This document shows, in pieces, positions 36,884 to 48,190 of a stretch of 64,000 bases of DNA. Numbering within the stretch: position 1 is the stretch's first letter; the number at the start of each line of letters is the position of its first letter. The notes beneath the pieces were generated by a model, which saw nothing but the letters and a program-made list of their open reading frames with translations, searched no databases and had not been told where the DNA came from. The translations under genes were made by a program, and so were the position numbers. Source of the stretch: Eutreptiella sp. 'Long Island Sound 2002' (Eukaryota; Protista; Euglenida); the NCBI GenBank assembly GCA_964036045.1, contig OZ038378.1, positions 164,734,001 through 164,798,000 on the forward strand, read 5' to 3'.

Positions 36884-38095
36884 CTGGGTGTCCCCTCCAC
36901 CACGGTACCACTGTCCACAAACGCCTCACCCACTGCATGCGTTGGAAAGTCGCATTTCGCAACATGTGGCTTAGCACCTGGGGACCATGGCAAGATACGG
37001 TGACGGAATGGTGGAACGGGGCGTCAACGGCAGACCTACACCATGTCTCCTGCCTTCGCATACCACAGTCCCTATGGGCCCACATCCCCCGAACAATGCG
37101 GGTAGACCTCAGGGAGCGTGTGGCCTAGCACCAGTACCACGCCCTACATGGCGTATGCCAACTGCGCGGCCAACTCACCATGCCCCCCCGTGACCCACAG
37201 GTGCCGCCCACGCCCTCCACGGCGGTGCCGGCATGGTACACAAACTTGCGCCCACGAGCTGTACGACCGAACCCCGCGGACTCTGTCCTCCGCAATCAAG
37301 TAGGGTATACAGGGCCCCGGGAGAGAACACGGCGGCGGGATGGCCGCGCCTCTCAAGAGACGTCCCACCGTAGAGCTGCGCGCACATGGGACCGGCCGCA
37401 ATCGTACCACACCAGGTCATGGGCGGTGAAATATCTCGACCAGTGCCTCTGTCCCACTGCCGCGGACCCAGGGGCACAGCACGTAGCTTCGGCAATGCAC
37501 TATCTGGCCTAGCCTTGGTTTCTGCATCAACATGCCGTTCTCGGGGCCTCACTGATGGTTTCGTACCGCGACGTGCTAGATGATCTGGTGCGGCAATCAT
37601 GGCACTGGCACTCCCTTCTGCGACGTGCTAGAGTGTGGACCACCTCCGCAGACCAGCACTACCACCGGCATAACCGAAAGCTTTTCGGTGATGAGCCAGT
37701 TGTGGGCATCCGAGCGCGCGGCCCACTGGGTGGAGCCCCCTCTGCCTAAACGCCACTGCCGCACAAGGCCCGGCATCCTGGGCCAACGCCCGCCACCGGA
37801 CATGGCCCCTACAAAGCGACGAAAGCTTGTCACTCTTGAAGACCTGTGGGGAATGGCACACACGTGATGCAGCATGTTGACCCCTTTAAATCTTACACAT
37901 TATAGGCTTGCCATATGGCGTGGCGGTTTTGCCTACCGCATCAGAGAGCCCTCTGTTATACGCGTGTGAACTCTGGGTCTTTGCCATGTGCCCCGTTTTG
38001 CGGGGATCCACTGTATCATATGCTAGAGACGCCCACTTTCCCTAGCACAGTCTTGAGTACTCTTTGAACTTTTGGAGTCAGTCAAAAAAAAAAAA
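36884..38095 (+). mobile_element. 5'-truncated LINE (~1.2 kb) with poly(A) tail and ~75-bp TSD
   Basis: HGTTVHKRLTHC..W..DLHHVSCLRIP..TMPPRD..AWY..SYHT..KYL is homologous to 9250-10030; 3' end equals the short retroposon; direct repeat 36809-36883 = 38096-38170 with 1 mismatch. Confidence 0.9.
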
Positions 38096-38884
38096 GCTTC
38101 CAAGAAGGCCAAGATTGGTTTCCAGGCATGGAAAGACCGGTTCAATGGCACTAAAACGAACTCGTCTACAGTGGGTTCTGTTTGTTGCTGGTTGAACACA
38201 ATTCTGTTTCCCCTGCTCAGTGGCCAGAGTATTTATTCACACAATATAACAACCGTGGAACCCTGTGTGGGTGCTCCCTGGGCCCTGTAGCCTGTATGCT
38301 CTTGTTCCACATTTTTGTTCTATTTAGGCCGTCCCTGATGTTGAAGTGTCATTTTTTGGTGACGTTATAGCGGGTATGGGGCGTCTCACTGCGTAGTGCA
38401 TCAATTTTTGCACTTTTTCCTCGGCTCGTGTCTGGAACCAGACAGATCGCCCCAATTCATGTGGTGTAGTACACGGTTTGCTTATATGTGTCTGGTTTCA
38501 ACAAACTTTCGTATTTCAATGTCTTCGGAACATATTTTAAAAGACAACTTGCAAATTGACGTGCAATGACATTTTTTGTCTTGTGCTCTGCCAGGTGTAA
38601 CACGCATGCATTTGTTCGGGGCGGGCGGGGGGGGGGGGGGGGCTCAGAATTCGACCATTTTAGGCATATTCCATAGTGTTGAGCATGAAAGTTGTGTTGC
38701 CTTTAACCTAGCAGAAACACATTTGACGGGTGGCAACAATCACCCAAATTTTGCGCGCGAGTCACGACAGTCAAATTCCACTACCCTCAGACCACTTTTT
38801 GAGTGCTACCTTTTGGTGACATTTTCGAAGAGGGTTTGTTTCGGGGCGGCGGGGGGGGGGGGGGGGGGGGCAACTTGCGCCGTC

Positions 38885-39600
38885 TAAGCTTCTCGGGACC
38901 CCCTAGAAGGCATGGGTGATGTAGCCACTTTTGATTTTGTCCCCTCTTTTGGGGACCCCAAGAATAGACGGGTAAGGTAGCAAGTCCGCCCACTTGTGGG
39001 CCACCGAGAAGGAAGGAGTGATGCAGCCACTTTTGATTTTGTTCCCCTTATGGGGAGCCCCGAGAACAAAGGGGTGACGTAGCAATTCCGCCCAGTTGTG
39101 GGCCCCTGAGAAGGCAAGGGTGGTTTAGCCACTTTTTGATTTTCTCCCCTCTTTTGACGGCCCTTGAGAACATTGGGGTGATGTAGCAATTCTGCCCACT
39201 TGTGGGCCCCCAAGAAGGCACAGGTGATGCACCCACTTTTGATTTTGTCCCCTCTTCTGTGGGCCCCGGAGAACACAGGGGTGACATAGCAATTCCGCCC
39301 ACTTGTGGGCCTCCAAGAAGGCAGGGGTGATGCAGCCACTTTTGATTTTGTCCTATCTTTCGGAGACCCCCGAGAACGCAGGGGTGATGTAGCCACTTTT
39401 GATTTTGTCCCCTCTTGTGGGGACCTGGGAGAACACAGGGGTGAGGTAGCGATTCCGCCCAACTGCTGGCCTCCTGAAGGCAGGGGTGATGTAGCCACTT
39501 TTGATTTTGTCCCCTCTTGTGGGGACCCCCGAGAACCCAGTGGTGATGTAGCAATTCCGCCCTCTTTTGGGCCCCCGAGAACGCAGGGCTGATGTAGCCA
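38885..39600. repeat. Dimeric satellite of alternating ~45/~52-bp subunits (ggg(a)ccccgagaa..ggggtgatgtagc core)
   Basis: About 14 cores followed alternately by aattccgcccacttgt or cactttt(t)gattttgtcccctc. Confidence 0.9.
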
Positions 39601-39679
39601 CTTCTGTGTGGGTTCCAGTAATTGCAAGGATGTGTGACATGTTTGTGAATGGGGAAGCGTTTGCCCAAGGGGGGAGACA

Positions 39680-40165
39680 CTGGGTAGTACACACATGGGT
39701 GCCAAAGCGAGGGGGAAGACAATCCATTACATGACATGGCCCCAGGTAGTGCACATAGCGGTGCCAAAGGGAGGGGGGAAACAGTCCATACACCTGAATT
39801 GGGGCCAAGTAGTACACACAAGGGTGCCAAGGGGAGGGGGGGGAAGACCATACACATGATTTGGCGCCAGGTAGTGTACACAAGGGCACCAAAGGGAGGG
39901 GGGAGATAGTCTAGAGACATGATTTGGCGCCAAGTCGTACACATAGGGGTGCCAAAGGGAGGGGGGAGATGATCCATGCCCATGAATTGGCGCTAGGTAA
40001 TGTACACAAGGGTGCCAAAGGGAGGGGGAAGACAGTCCATACACATAAATTGGCGCCAGCTAGTACACACAAGGGTGCCAAAGGGAGGGGACAGACAATC
40101 CATACACATGAATTGGCGCTAGCTAGTACCCATAGGGGTGCCAAAGGGAGGGGGGAGACCGTCTA
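39680..40165. repeat. ~60-bp minisatellite (gggtgccaaagggaggggg...catgaattggcgc.aggtagtacacacaa), about 8 copies
   Basis: Tandem units adjacent to the dimeric satellite. Confidence 0.9.
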
Positions 40166-40987
40166 GAGACACCGTGGTAGTTGTGTCTAGTGATAGTGAT
40201 GAACAAAAGCCACCCCAAAAAGCAAACCCAGTGCACGTCCAGCCACGTGTTTGCAATAGGAGGCTAAGCGTGCTTGGAAGACAACGCCATGCATAGAGTA
40301 GGTTGAATGCTGTTCATAGTATCTCTAACCCTCTGATATGCCTTCAACCCCATGACCGCCCTAGCAAGTAACCCAATTTCTAGTCCCCATTTCCATGAAC
40401 CCTTTCACCACTTGGGGCTGATTGTTGGTACGAGCTGCCAGATTGCAGACCCACTTCTTTGGAGATGCCCAATGCCCAATTCTTATTGCTTCTCGCGCAC
40501 ACAGGAGGTTAGGGGTACGAGGAATTGGTTGGGGTGGCTACACTTAAACCCCCAACATTGTGCAGTTGCTTGTTGATGGGCTGGCACCCATATTGTAAAA
40601 ATGGCTGTAAAATTGCATGCGCCATCCTGGTACGGCACACAACAATACCTGTAAAAATGCCTGTAAAAACGCATGCACCATTTTCATGCAACGGGTAAAA
40701 TTGCCTATGTGATCGCATGCATCCTCGAGCGTGATTCAATTGCCGCTTTGACAAGTGTCAGTGTATGCGGGGGGGGGGGGGGGATAAATGCATGCTGTGC
40801 GTTATGGAACAGAAGCATGCATTTTCAGAAGTTAGCAAGCAATATTCTTGCTGCGCTACCAAGCAATTTGGTCATTACACGCTAGGCGATTCGGTGACAT
40901 GTGTCCCCTTCTTTTTATTTGTCCCCCGCTGTGAAGCGGTTCGCTCTATACTGCTTCCCGTCTAACCTCTGTGACGCAGGATAACTG

Positions 40988-41007
40988 TGAGTGTCTATTT
41001 TTGTTTG
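40988..41007 (+). other. Relic euglenid spliced-leader sequence
   Basis: TGAGTGTCTATTTTTGTTTG matches 18/20 with the 3' 20 nt of the euglenid SL as I recall it (ACTTTCTGAGTGTCTATTTTTTTTCG); ends 43 nt upstream of ATG 41051. Confidence 0.8.
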
Positions 41008-41050
41008 ACCTTTCTTTGCTGTCAAGTTAACCACAGACTTGACACCTTGA

Positions 41051-43663
41051 ATGGTGTATATGCCTTGCAACATGCAGCATTCTTCGGAATCTGCCAAGTG
41101 GTATTACCAACAAACTGGTTCTGGTCACAAAGTTCGTTACCCAATAGCAGTATCCAATGTCTTGGAGAGAGCCTTTCAACGAGGTGACCCGGAAGTGAAG
41201 GTTAATGTTGATGGCCATGAGTACAAAGTCCAACTTGAGGAGATGAGGCAGTTCCCTGTGAGTGCTGCTCGTGGTTCTTGTGAAGGTACTTTGGTGGATA
41301 GGGTCCCTGCCGCACCACCTGCACAATCCACTTCAAGGAGTAGCAGCTTGACCCCACCTTATGCTGGGTCCCCAGTTGTTCATGAAAGCAGTAGCAGTTT
41401 TGACATTGATCCCCGTTCATCAGCGGTTGTGGATGCAACAACAGAAAGCATCAACAAGATCGTAGCCATGCAGAAGACTGAGCAGCATGAGAATTTCTAC
41501 AAAGACATGTTCATGTGCTATGGTTATTCTACTGATGAGGAGCGCGCAGCTGCATTGGCCTCTGCTGAAAGAGATCTTTGTGATTCGCAGCAAAAAGAGA
41601 GGGTACTTCAGTCAAGATGTTCCATCCTGCGGATGGTGCAATGCCAGCTTGAGCTCTCGCACAATGCACAGCAGAACCTTGAAGCAGACACTGAGGAACA
41701 AGTGGCTGAGCTGCTGCAAGGCCTTGACGAGAACGTCACGGACAGCAGAGCGGACGATGACCCGGCCATAGATTTACAAATTTTGCAAGGAGTCTTTAAC
41801 CAACTGGAGAATGTAGGTGATGGACAATTTCTCCAGGAGTTCAAAATTTTGGTGCCGATCCTGAGGCAATCATGTGTCAGCCATGAAGTTCATGTTGAAG
41901 CACTTTCGAATGCGTTGAGCGCACTGCAGCGTGTGCAAGCCTTGCCAGGCACCGAGGCCCTCACAGATGTTGTCGAAGGGTCTCAGGAGCTGCCCATGAC
42001 CGAGGTGCAGGCACTTTCTGAAGCCCTGGCACGACTGAATGGAGAATGGTCCAAAGCTCAAGACAAGGTCCCAATGCGAAACAAAGTGCAGGCATCACTG
42101 GGTACCTATGCTGACATAATTGGACGTGTGAAGGAGCAGTCCCAAAAGGCGAACGAGTGTCTGAGTGCTTGTACCGAGTTGGAGGCAAAAGATGAGGATA
42201 TCAAAGAGATATACAGCCAGGAGTTGGGCCAGGCAAGGAGGACGCAGGCGCTTAGTGATGAGCTCCAAAGCCGTACGGCCACGTTTAAGAGCAAGCGTGC
42301 TGAGTGCACCACAGCAGCTCAGGCCGAAACCAAAGCCCGGCTCCAGCGCATCCACGACAGTTATGAGCGAATTGAGCTGCTGCGACAGCAGCTGGCTGCC
42401 GAACATTGCAGTATCCGCCGGGAAGAGAGAGAGCTACTGCATCATGTCAGTAACATGGTCCTGATGGACGGTGCTTCACACAGCGTTGAGGAGCACATCA
42501 CCAATGCCCTGGCCAATGTCGAGTCTCGCAAGGAACGTAGCCAAGCTGAAGCTGGTCTTGCGGACCTTTGTCTGCAAGCCAACCAAGATATCACAAAGGC
42601 CATCCGTCAGCAGGCTGCAGTTTATCAAGAGCAGTTAAATAGACACCTTGTGAAGCTGCACGTGGACAACTGGACAATGTTCTTGCAGTGTTCTGCATTT
42701 GTGGAGCATTTTCTACGACAAGCACAGAAAAACCGGCACAAGACGCTGTCCCTGCTGCAAGACAAGGAACGGCTGTATCAAGAGTGGAAAGAACTGAACG
42801 AGCCCGAGGATGACGACGTCACGGACGAGGACCACGCGCTCAACCGATCACGGCATGAGCGGGAGGGACAACGTTGGCAACAGGAGCTGACCGATGCCCA
42901 GGTGCACTGCAAGGCCAAAGAGAGGGAGGTTGACAAATGGTTGGCCGCCCGGAAAGTTTTGGACGAGAAAATCACGGCCAGCGGCACCAAAGAGGCACTG
43001 CAAGCGGACCCCCAGTACCAGGCAATGCTGATCAGGGACCCCCGCCTGCGATACCAACAGACCGACAGCCACATGGAGTGTCAGGCTGGCCTGAAGAGCC
43101 TGCTGCTGTCCATGCGCCAGGCCCATGAGTATTTTGGAGAATTCTACGAGGAGGCGAAGGTCGCCGTAGAGGACGTGGAGGAGCCCCTGGACCATTTCCG
43201 GAAGTGCAGTGTGCAGCTGAAGAAGAAAGTGCAGGAGCTGCTGGATACGCAGTCTTGCCCGGCATATGCCGAGCTACTGCCATACCTCCGGAAGAACCCG
43301 TACATGCAGAAGCAGATCCGCAACGCCCAAAAACATCTGGAGGAGGACCTGTCGCTTTACAGCTCCGAAGTGGCGCTTTTTTTGGAGCAGCCTTGTGGCA
43401 GCAGTGGGGAGAGCATTATGTTGACATGGACCTCCGCCTTAAAAATGATCGATGGGTTGCTTGAGCCTGTGGGCCCTCTGCCTTCGATGATATCCAGTCG
43501 GTCCAGTATCAACAGCCAGAGCACGACGGTGGACTTTGGGGACGATGACGAGACTTATTCGGAGACATCGGGAGACAGTTTCTTTGACCTCACCAACCGC
43601 TTGAACAGTGGCTTGACCGAGACTGAGAACACGGAGGAGAGTTGGGTGAAGAGTACACAGTGA
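41051..43663 (+). CDS. 870-aa intronless protein: N-terminal WWE domain plus long coiled coil with a paraflagellar-rod-like region
   Basis: Uninterrupted 2.6-kb ORF; KWYYQQ..RYPIAVSNVLERAFQRG..VNVDGHEYKVQLEEMRQ fits the WWE pattern; E/Q/L-rich heptads; S/D/E-rich C-terminal tail. Confidence 0.9.
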   Translation: MVYMPCNMQHSSESAKWYYQQTGSGHKVRYPIAVSNVLERAFQRGDPEVKVNVDGHEYKVQLEEMRQFPVSAARGSCEGTLVDRVPAAPPAQSTSRSSSLTPPYAGSPVVHESSSSFDIDPRSSAVVDATTESINKIVAMQKTEQHENFYKDMFMCYGYSTDEERAAALASAERDLCDSQQKERVLQSRCSILRMVQCQLELSHNAQQNLEADTEEQVAELLQGLDENVTDSRADDDPAIDLQILQGVFNQLENVGDGQFLQEFKILVPILRQSCVSHEVHVEALSNALSALQRVQALPGTEALTDVVEGSQELPMTEVQALSEALARLNGEWSKAQDKVPMRNKVQASLGTYADIIGRVKEQSQKANECLSACTELEAKDEDIKEIYSQELGQARRTQALSDELQSRTATFKSKRAECTTAAQAETKARLQRIHDSYERIELLRQQLAAEHCSIRREERELLHHVSNMVLMDGASHSVEEHITNALANVESRKERSQAEAGLADLCLQANQDITKAIRQQAAVYQEQLNRHLVKLHVDNWTMFLQCSAFVEHFLRQAQKNRHKTLSLLQDKERLYQEWKELNEPEDDDVTDEDHALNRSRHEREGQRWQQELTDAQVHCKAKEREVDKWLAARKVLDEKITASGTKEALQADPQYQAMLIRDPRLRYQQTDSHMECQAGLKSLLLSMRQAHEYFGEFYEEAKVAVEDVEEPLDHFRKCSVQLKKKVQELLDTQSCPAYAELLPYLRKNPYMQKQIRNAQKHLEEDLSLYSSEVALFLEQPCGSSGESIMLTWTSALKMIDGLLEPVGPLPSMISSRSSINSQSTTVDFGDDDETYSETSGDSFFDLTNRLNSGLTETENTEESWVKSTQ

Positions 43664-43947
43664 TAGGCCAGGCTTTACTGTTGTTTGACGACTGCACTTG
43701 TACGTATTTCTGTGCCGAGGACCGTCCTCTAGGGACATGATTGTTCTATTTCGCTTGCCAGGGACAGGCAAAGGCTTTTGGGGACAGACCTGCGGCAAAT
43801 CGACGGCAGTGCTCCGCTTGTGGTTGATGGCGTACGAACGCCAGTTGGCGGGTCACCGACAGGAGTTGGCCGATCGGCGGTGCCTTTGCTGAGGTGCAGG
43901 CGCGCCAGGGCTCAGCAGTTGTTTGGTTGTGGTGGCAGGGACAGGCC

Positions 43948-44322
43948 CAGACCCGTGGTTAGAAGCGTGCGCACAGACCAGGGTTAAGCGTGCGCAAGCG
44001 TGCGCAGTGTTGGGTGGTAAGTGTGCGTAAGTGTGCGCCATCTCCCCGTCCAAGCGTGCGCAAGCGTGCATTTTTTTTTTTGACCTGAAAGCCCCTTAAG
44101 TGCCTTTTCGGCACACAGTGCTCTTAAACAAAAATTCCACCAGCACCAATTTTTTTTCTGCAGAGAACCTGTGCATGACTATACAAGAGGTCCACCTCTG
44201 TGTCCCCGAGCCCAAGCGTACATAAGCGTGCGGAGAGTTGGGGTGTAAGCGTGCGTAAGCGTGCATAGCCATGGAAAGTAAGCGTGCACAAGCGTACACG
44301 CACGCTTCTAACCACGGGTCCG
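43948..44322. mobile_element. hAT-type MITE (375 bp)
   Basis: 23-bp TIR cagacccgtggttagaagcgtgc / gcacgcttctaaccacgggtccg (1 mismatch); 8-bp TSD gacaggcc at 43940-43947 and 44323-44330; internal aagcgtgcg repeats. Confidence 0.9.
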
Positions 44323-45399
44323 GACAGGCCTGCGTGTGGCTGCAGGCCCCTCGGCTTGTGCCCCTAAACCCTGTGATTTGGCTTTCAGGGGCTGACCGCC
44401 CGTGGATGTGTTTGGTGGCCAGCATTGGTGGGTTTTGGCCTGCCCCTGTGGCGGAGGTTGGAGGTGTATTGTCTCTCGGCAGTGCACAGGGAACGGGTTG
44501 CAATCAGGCCGCGCTCTGTCTTCATGTTTGCTTTCTGGGACCCATTTCCAGGGGGTTCCTCTTCTGTCTCGTTGCGGATGCCGTTTTCTTGATGCGCCGC
44601 GCCCACCGGATCACGGGTACTGCACGGCCCACCACCTTCGATGGCTGCCGAAATTCGAACCGCGCCTGTGTATATCTCTGCACTCCAATGTCGTTAAGTT
44701 GTGTCTAAAATGTCAGTTGTGTACGTGTGATCCATTTTCTTTGACTAGCCCCCAACCGGCTGTTCACTCTCGGGGGCGGGAGTGAGCATGCTTCACTTTC
44801 CCTTGGAGAGTGTGCCCATGCGGTTGCGATCTCCTTGCTGGAAGCATTGGGTAAGGCAATTGCTTATTTATGGCCCAATATGTCACTGCCCCAAAGGATT
44901 GGAGGACTGTAATGTCCGGGGAAGCACAGTGAAGATTGTGCTGATTGCAGTTTGAATGTTTTATTCAGGGGCCCCAGGAGGTAAAGTTGTGGAATACTTG
45001 CAACTGCTGCACACACCGCGCTCCTAACCTGCTCTGTGGCTCGGAATGTGCAGCCGGATCAAATAAGCTGAGCGCCATGAGATTGTTACATAGCCCACAA
45101 TTGTGTTTTAATGACCCGAAGTGCTCATTGATTGTTTTAGCCATGGGAGTTTTCCACTGCTCGTTGGATTTGGGTGCAACATGAGATCAATGCCAAGCCA
45201 GGAGAGGGCGAGTTGCAAAATTACAGCCCCGTGTACCCTCGGTGAATGAATTTATTGAACGGATTCAGTCCATGCGCCAAAAGAAACTGCCATACGGCAT
45301 GGTGGGTAAGCCCTCCACTACTGCTCTCAGGAACATGTGGAACCCTGAATGGTTTGCGCTTGGCAACGCCACAACATGGGGTGCAAACTTTGCGGATGT

Positions 45400-46320
45400 C
45401 TAGGGACCACCGGCTCTAATGGCAGGCGTGTAGCAACCAATAAAAACTTGCCTGCTCTGCCCATTTGCTGCAGGTATCCTGCCTACACATTTGGTACTGT
45501 AGAACGGCAACTCTTAATGTTTCACAGCCCCAAAACACCACGTCTTTGCCTGACTTCGCCCCGATATGGACGTCACCTATCACTGTGCAATCACAAAAAA
45601 AATAAGAGAGTTTATTTTTTGACCATCCAGAACGAGGTGAATGGTGGGACAGTGGTGCAGGATTGTGCACCACATCTCCAGTTGGAGTTTTGCCTCTGCA
45701 GGTCAAAAGATGTACATGATCGCCATAACCATCTAGAAGCGTCCAAGAAATAACAGCAACCATCCAACAGTCTTCTGCATACAGCCACGGGGAAGTACTG
45801 GCAACCCTTTAATCCTCCAAGAAATAATGGCATCTATCCAGAAGCCACCAAGACATAGCAACAGCGCCTCCACCAAATAACGTCGACCTCCAAGAAGCCC
45901 CCAAGAAATAACAGCACCTAAGAGTTTGTGCTGTTGTATTGCTGTTTTGCAGGGGTGCATTGCTGGGATGGTCACCAGTGTTTGGCCCCTACTAATTAGC
46001 ACCACGGTGCAGCAATTCCCCCTCAAGAGGTGGGAGAACAGTCTCATAAGACAGCTGTCCCCATCACCTGACACCAACCACTTGGTGCATCCTTGATCGC
46101 TTGATACCACCCATTGGATTGTGGAGTATGTTGCATGATACATTTTAATGCAGGTGGTCCCTGAGTTGTTTAGGCCAATGTGCCAACCCGATCTGTGTGG
46201 TGCAATGGCCTCACTGAAGGCTACCCACATTGCAAGCTTGCACGCAGTGTTGTTCTCATCAATCGTTTCATGGCTGTATTTGCTATGGTGGAACGATTGC
46301 TATCCTTCTATTGAAAAGGG
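45400..46320 (-). pseudogene. Degenerate non-LTR reverse transcriptase
   Basis: Ordered decayed RT motifs on the minus strand: RSTIANTAMKRL, WVAFSEAI, GVR*..QLS, GYGDHVHLL. Confidence 0.5.
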
Positions 46321-46679
46321 TAGCCAGCCACATGGTGTGATTTCATCACAAGAAGGTGCCCACACAACTACCGGTAGTATTGCCTGCGACCTTGCCACAA
46401 TCAAACACCAAAACTTGGAAGATAATTCAAACCCATTGTGTGCAGCTTGTCTGGCAGTCATGGGTGGACTCAACAAACGAATAAACACATAGAAAGGCGT
46501 AGAAGGCCAAGGAAGACACAAACACTTATATGTGTGGTGGGAGGCCACCATCTGTGTCCACAGAACCCCTGAATAAAGGGGTGGTATTTGATGCAGTGCA
46601 GACATTCAAAGACATTCAAAGGCTGCGTTCAATCCTTAAAAAAAGTACGCTAATAGTAGAGAGGCGGTTGGCACACAAA

Positions 46680-47034
46680 GGGAGTATTAGCGCGCTAGGC
46701 GTGCGCCAGGCATCTTTTTTTGACCATTCCCCACCCGTGCCTGTTTTTGCCCCCACCAACTTGTAGTACCTTCTCGCCGTGTCAAAGAATTTTGCCCGTC
46801 CTTTCCACCCAGTTTATGACGATGGCAAGGGTGGTGATTGGAAGTGGTGGGAGTGACATTTTGTGTTGTTGAATTCTCATATTTTGGCTTATGCAACGTG
46901 CTTTGCAGAGAAGGTTTGCGGTCTAGCGCGGTCTACTTGGGGGACTTCCCCAGGTGAGGATAAACTTGGGGCTAGAGATAAGAAACTTAATGCAAAGGTA
47001 GCGTGCCGGGCATGCGCCGGACAAACATTCCCCC
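46680..47034 (+). mobile_element. PIF/Harbinger MITE, AAA TSD
   Basis: Ends gggagtattagcgcg / gcgccggacaaacattccccc; AAA duplicated; highly similar to 47399-47764. Confidence 0.85.
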
Positions 47035-47103
47035 AAAGCATGCATTGTTCATGGCGAAGCTTTGCGTAGCACATGAGTATTGAGATGGCCACAGGTATAT
47101 TTT

Positions 47104-48190
47104 GGGGGCGCCTTAAGCGCAGGGCGCGCGCAGCACGCGCGCACTGCAACTATTTGGGCGTCTAGCCGTAGTAGAAACCCATACTTTGTGGTACTTTGGG
47201 CATCATTGTTGTTTGGTAGTAGGTTTTGATGCATTGGGGATCTAGCATTTTTGGATGTTCACCCTATTTCACCCATTTCTACCTTTTTGCACACATTTTT
47301 TACCCATTTCCACCACATCTACTCTTTTTCTCGGCTGATTGATATGGTGATACACTTTCAGGGTGCTTGCTACAGGACATCATACTTCCCTCCTCATTGG
47401 GGGAGCGTTAGCGTGCCAGATGCGCGCCGGGCATCTTTTTTGAACCATTACCCACCCGTGCTTGTTTTTGCCCCCACCTCACCAAACAACTTGGAGTACC
47501 TTCTTGCTGTGTCTAAGAATTTGGCCCATCCTTTCCACCCAGTTCATGACGATGGCAAGGGCGGTAGTTGGAAGTGGTGGGAGTGACATTTTGTGTTGTT
47601 GAATTCTCATATTTCGGCTTATACAAGGTGCCTTGCAGAGAAGGTTTGCGGTCTAGCGCGGTCTACTTGGGAGACTTCCCAAAGTGAGGATAAACTTGGG
47701 GCTAGAGATAAGAAACTTAATACAAAGGTAGCGCGCCGGGCATGCGCCGGGCAAACATTCCCCCATTTCTCAGGCCCACTTTCTCCAGGGATCTCAGTAT
47801 TGGGGATAGGGTGTTCTACACCCGCTCCAAGAGCCTGTGACCTCCTGTCACGGTGGTTGGGACGGCTGAAGACGGACTCCTCCACTTGGAATACTACCAA
47901 GATGGGTTGAGAGTGGTGAATCGACAATTCAAGATGGAGTCCATCTCCTTTGCCATCCCAAGTTCAGATTTGCCACCTCGCCGCCCAACACACAGTCAAG
48001 TTCCCCCCCAAAGGCCCCTGTTCCTTCATGGCTGCCACAAGAACCGGGAACGTCCCCCTCAAGGTCCCCTCCAGTCCAAATTGGGTCGCCTAATTCTAAG
48101 GGTGTTTCCAAGTGGCGTGCTTTGGAGCTCTTCGGGGGGAACATAGTCTAAAAGTAGCGTGCAGTGCGCGTGCAGTGCAAGGATTCCCCC
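47104..48190 (+). mobile_element. PIF/Harbinger-like derivative, TTT TSD, with SH3/Tudor-like cargo and a nested MITE
   Basis: ttt|gggggcgccttaagcgcag...gcagtgcaaggattccccc|ttt; right subterminal block shared with 30447-30520. Confidence 0.7.
47399..47764 (+). mobile_element. PIF/Harbinger MITE, ATT TSD
   Basis: att|gggggagcgttagcg...gcgccgggcaaacattccccc|att. Confidence 0.9.

Noticed and set aside
38885-39600. CRISPR-like repeat/spacer array
   Set aside because: The intervening segments are two alternating recurrent sequences, not unique spacers; no cas genes; eukaryotic context.
38884-39983. 273- and 311-aa minus-strand ORFs
   Set aside because: Translations of satellite DNA.
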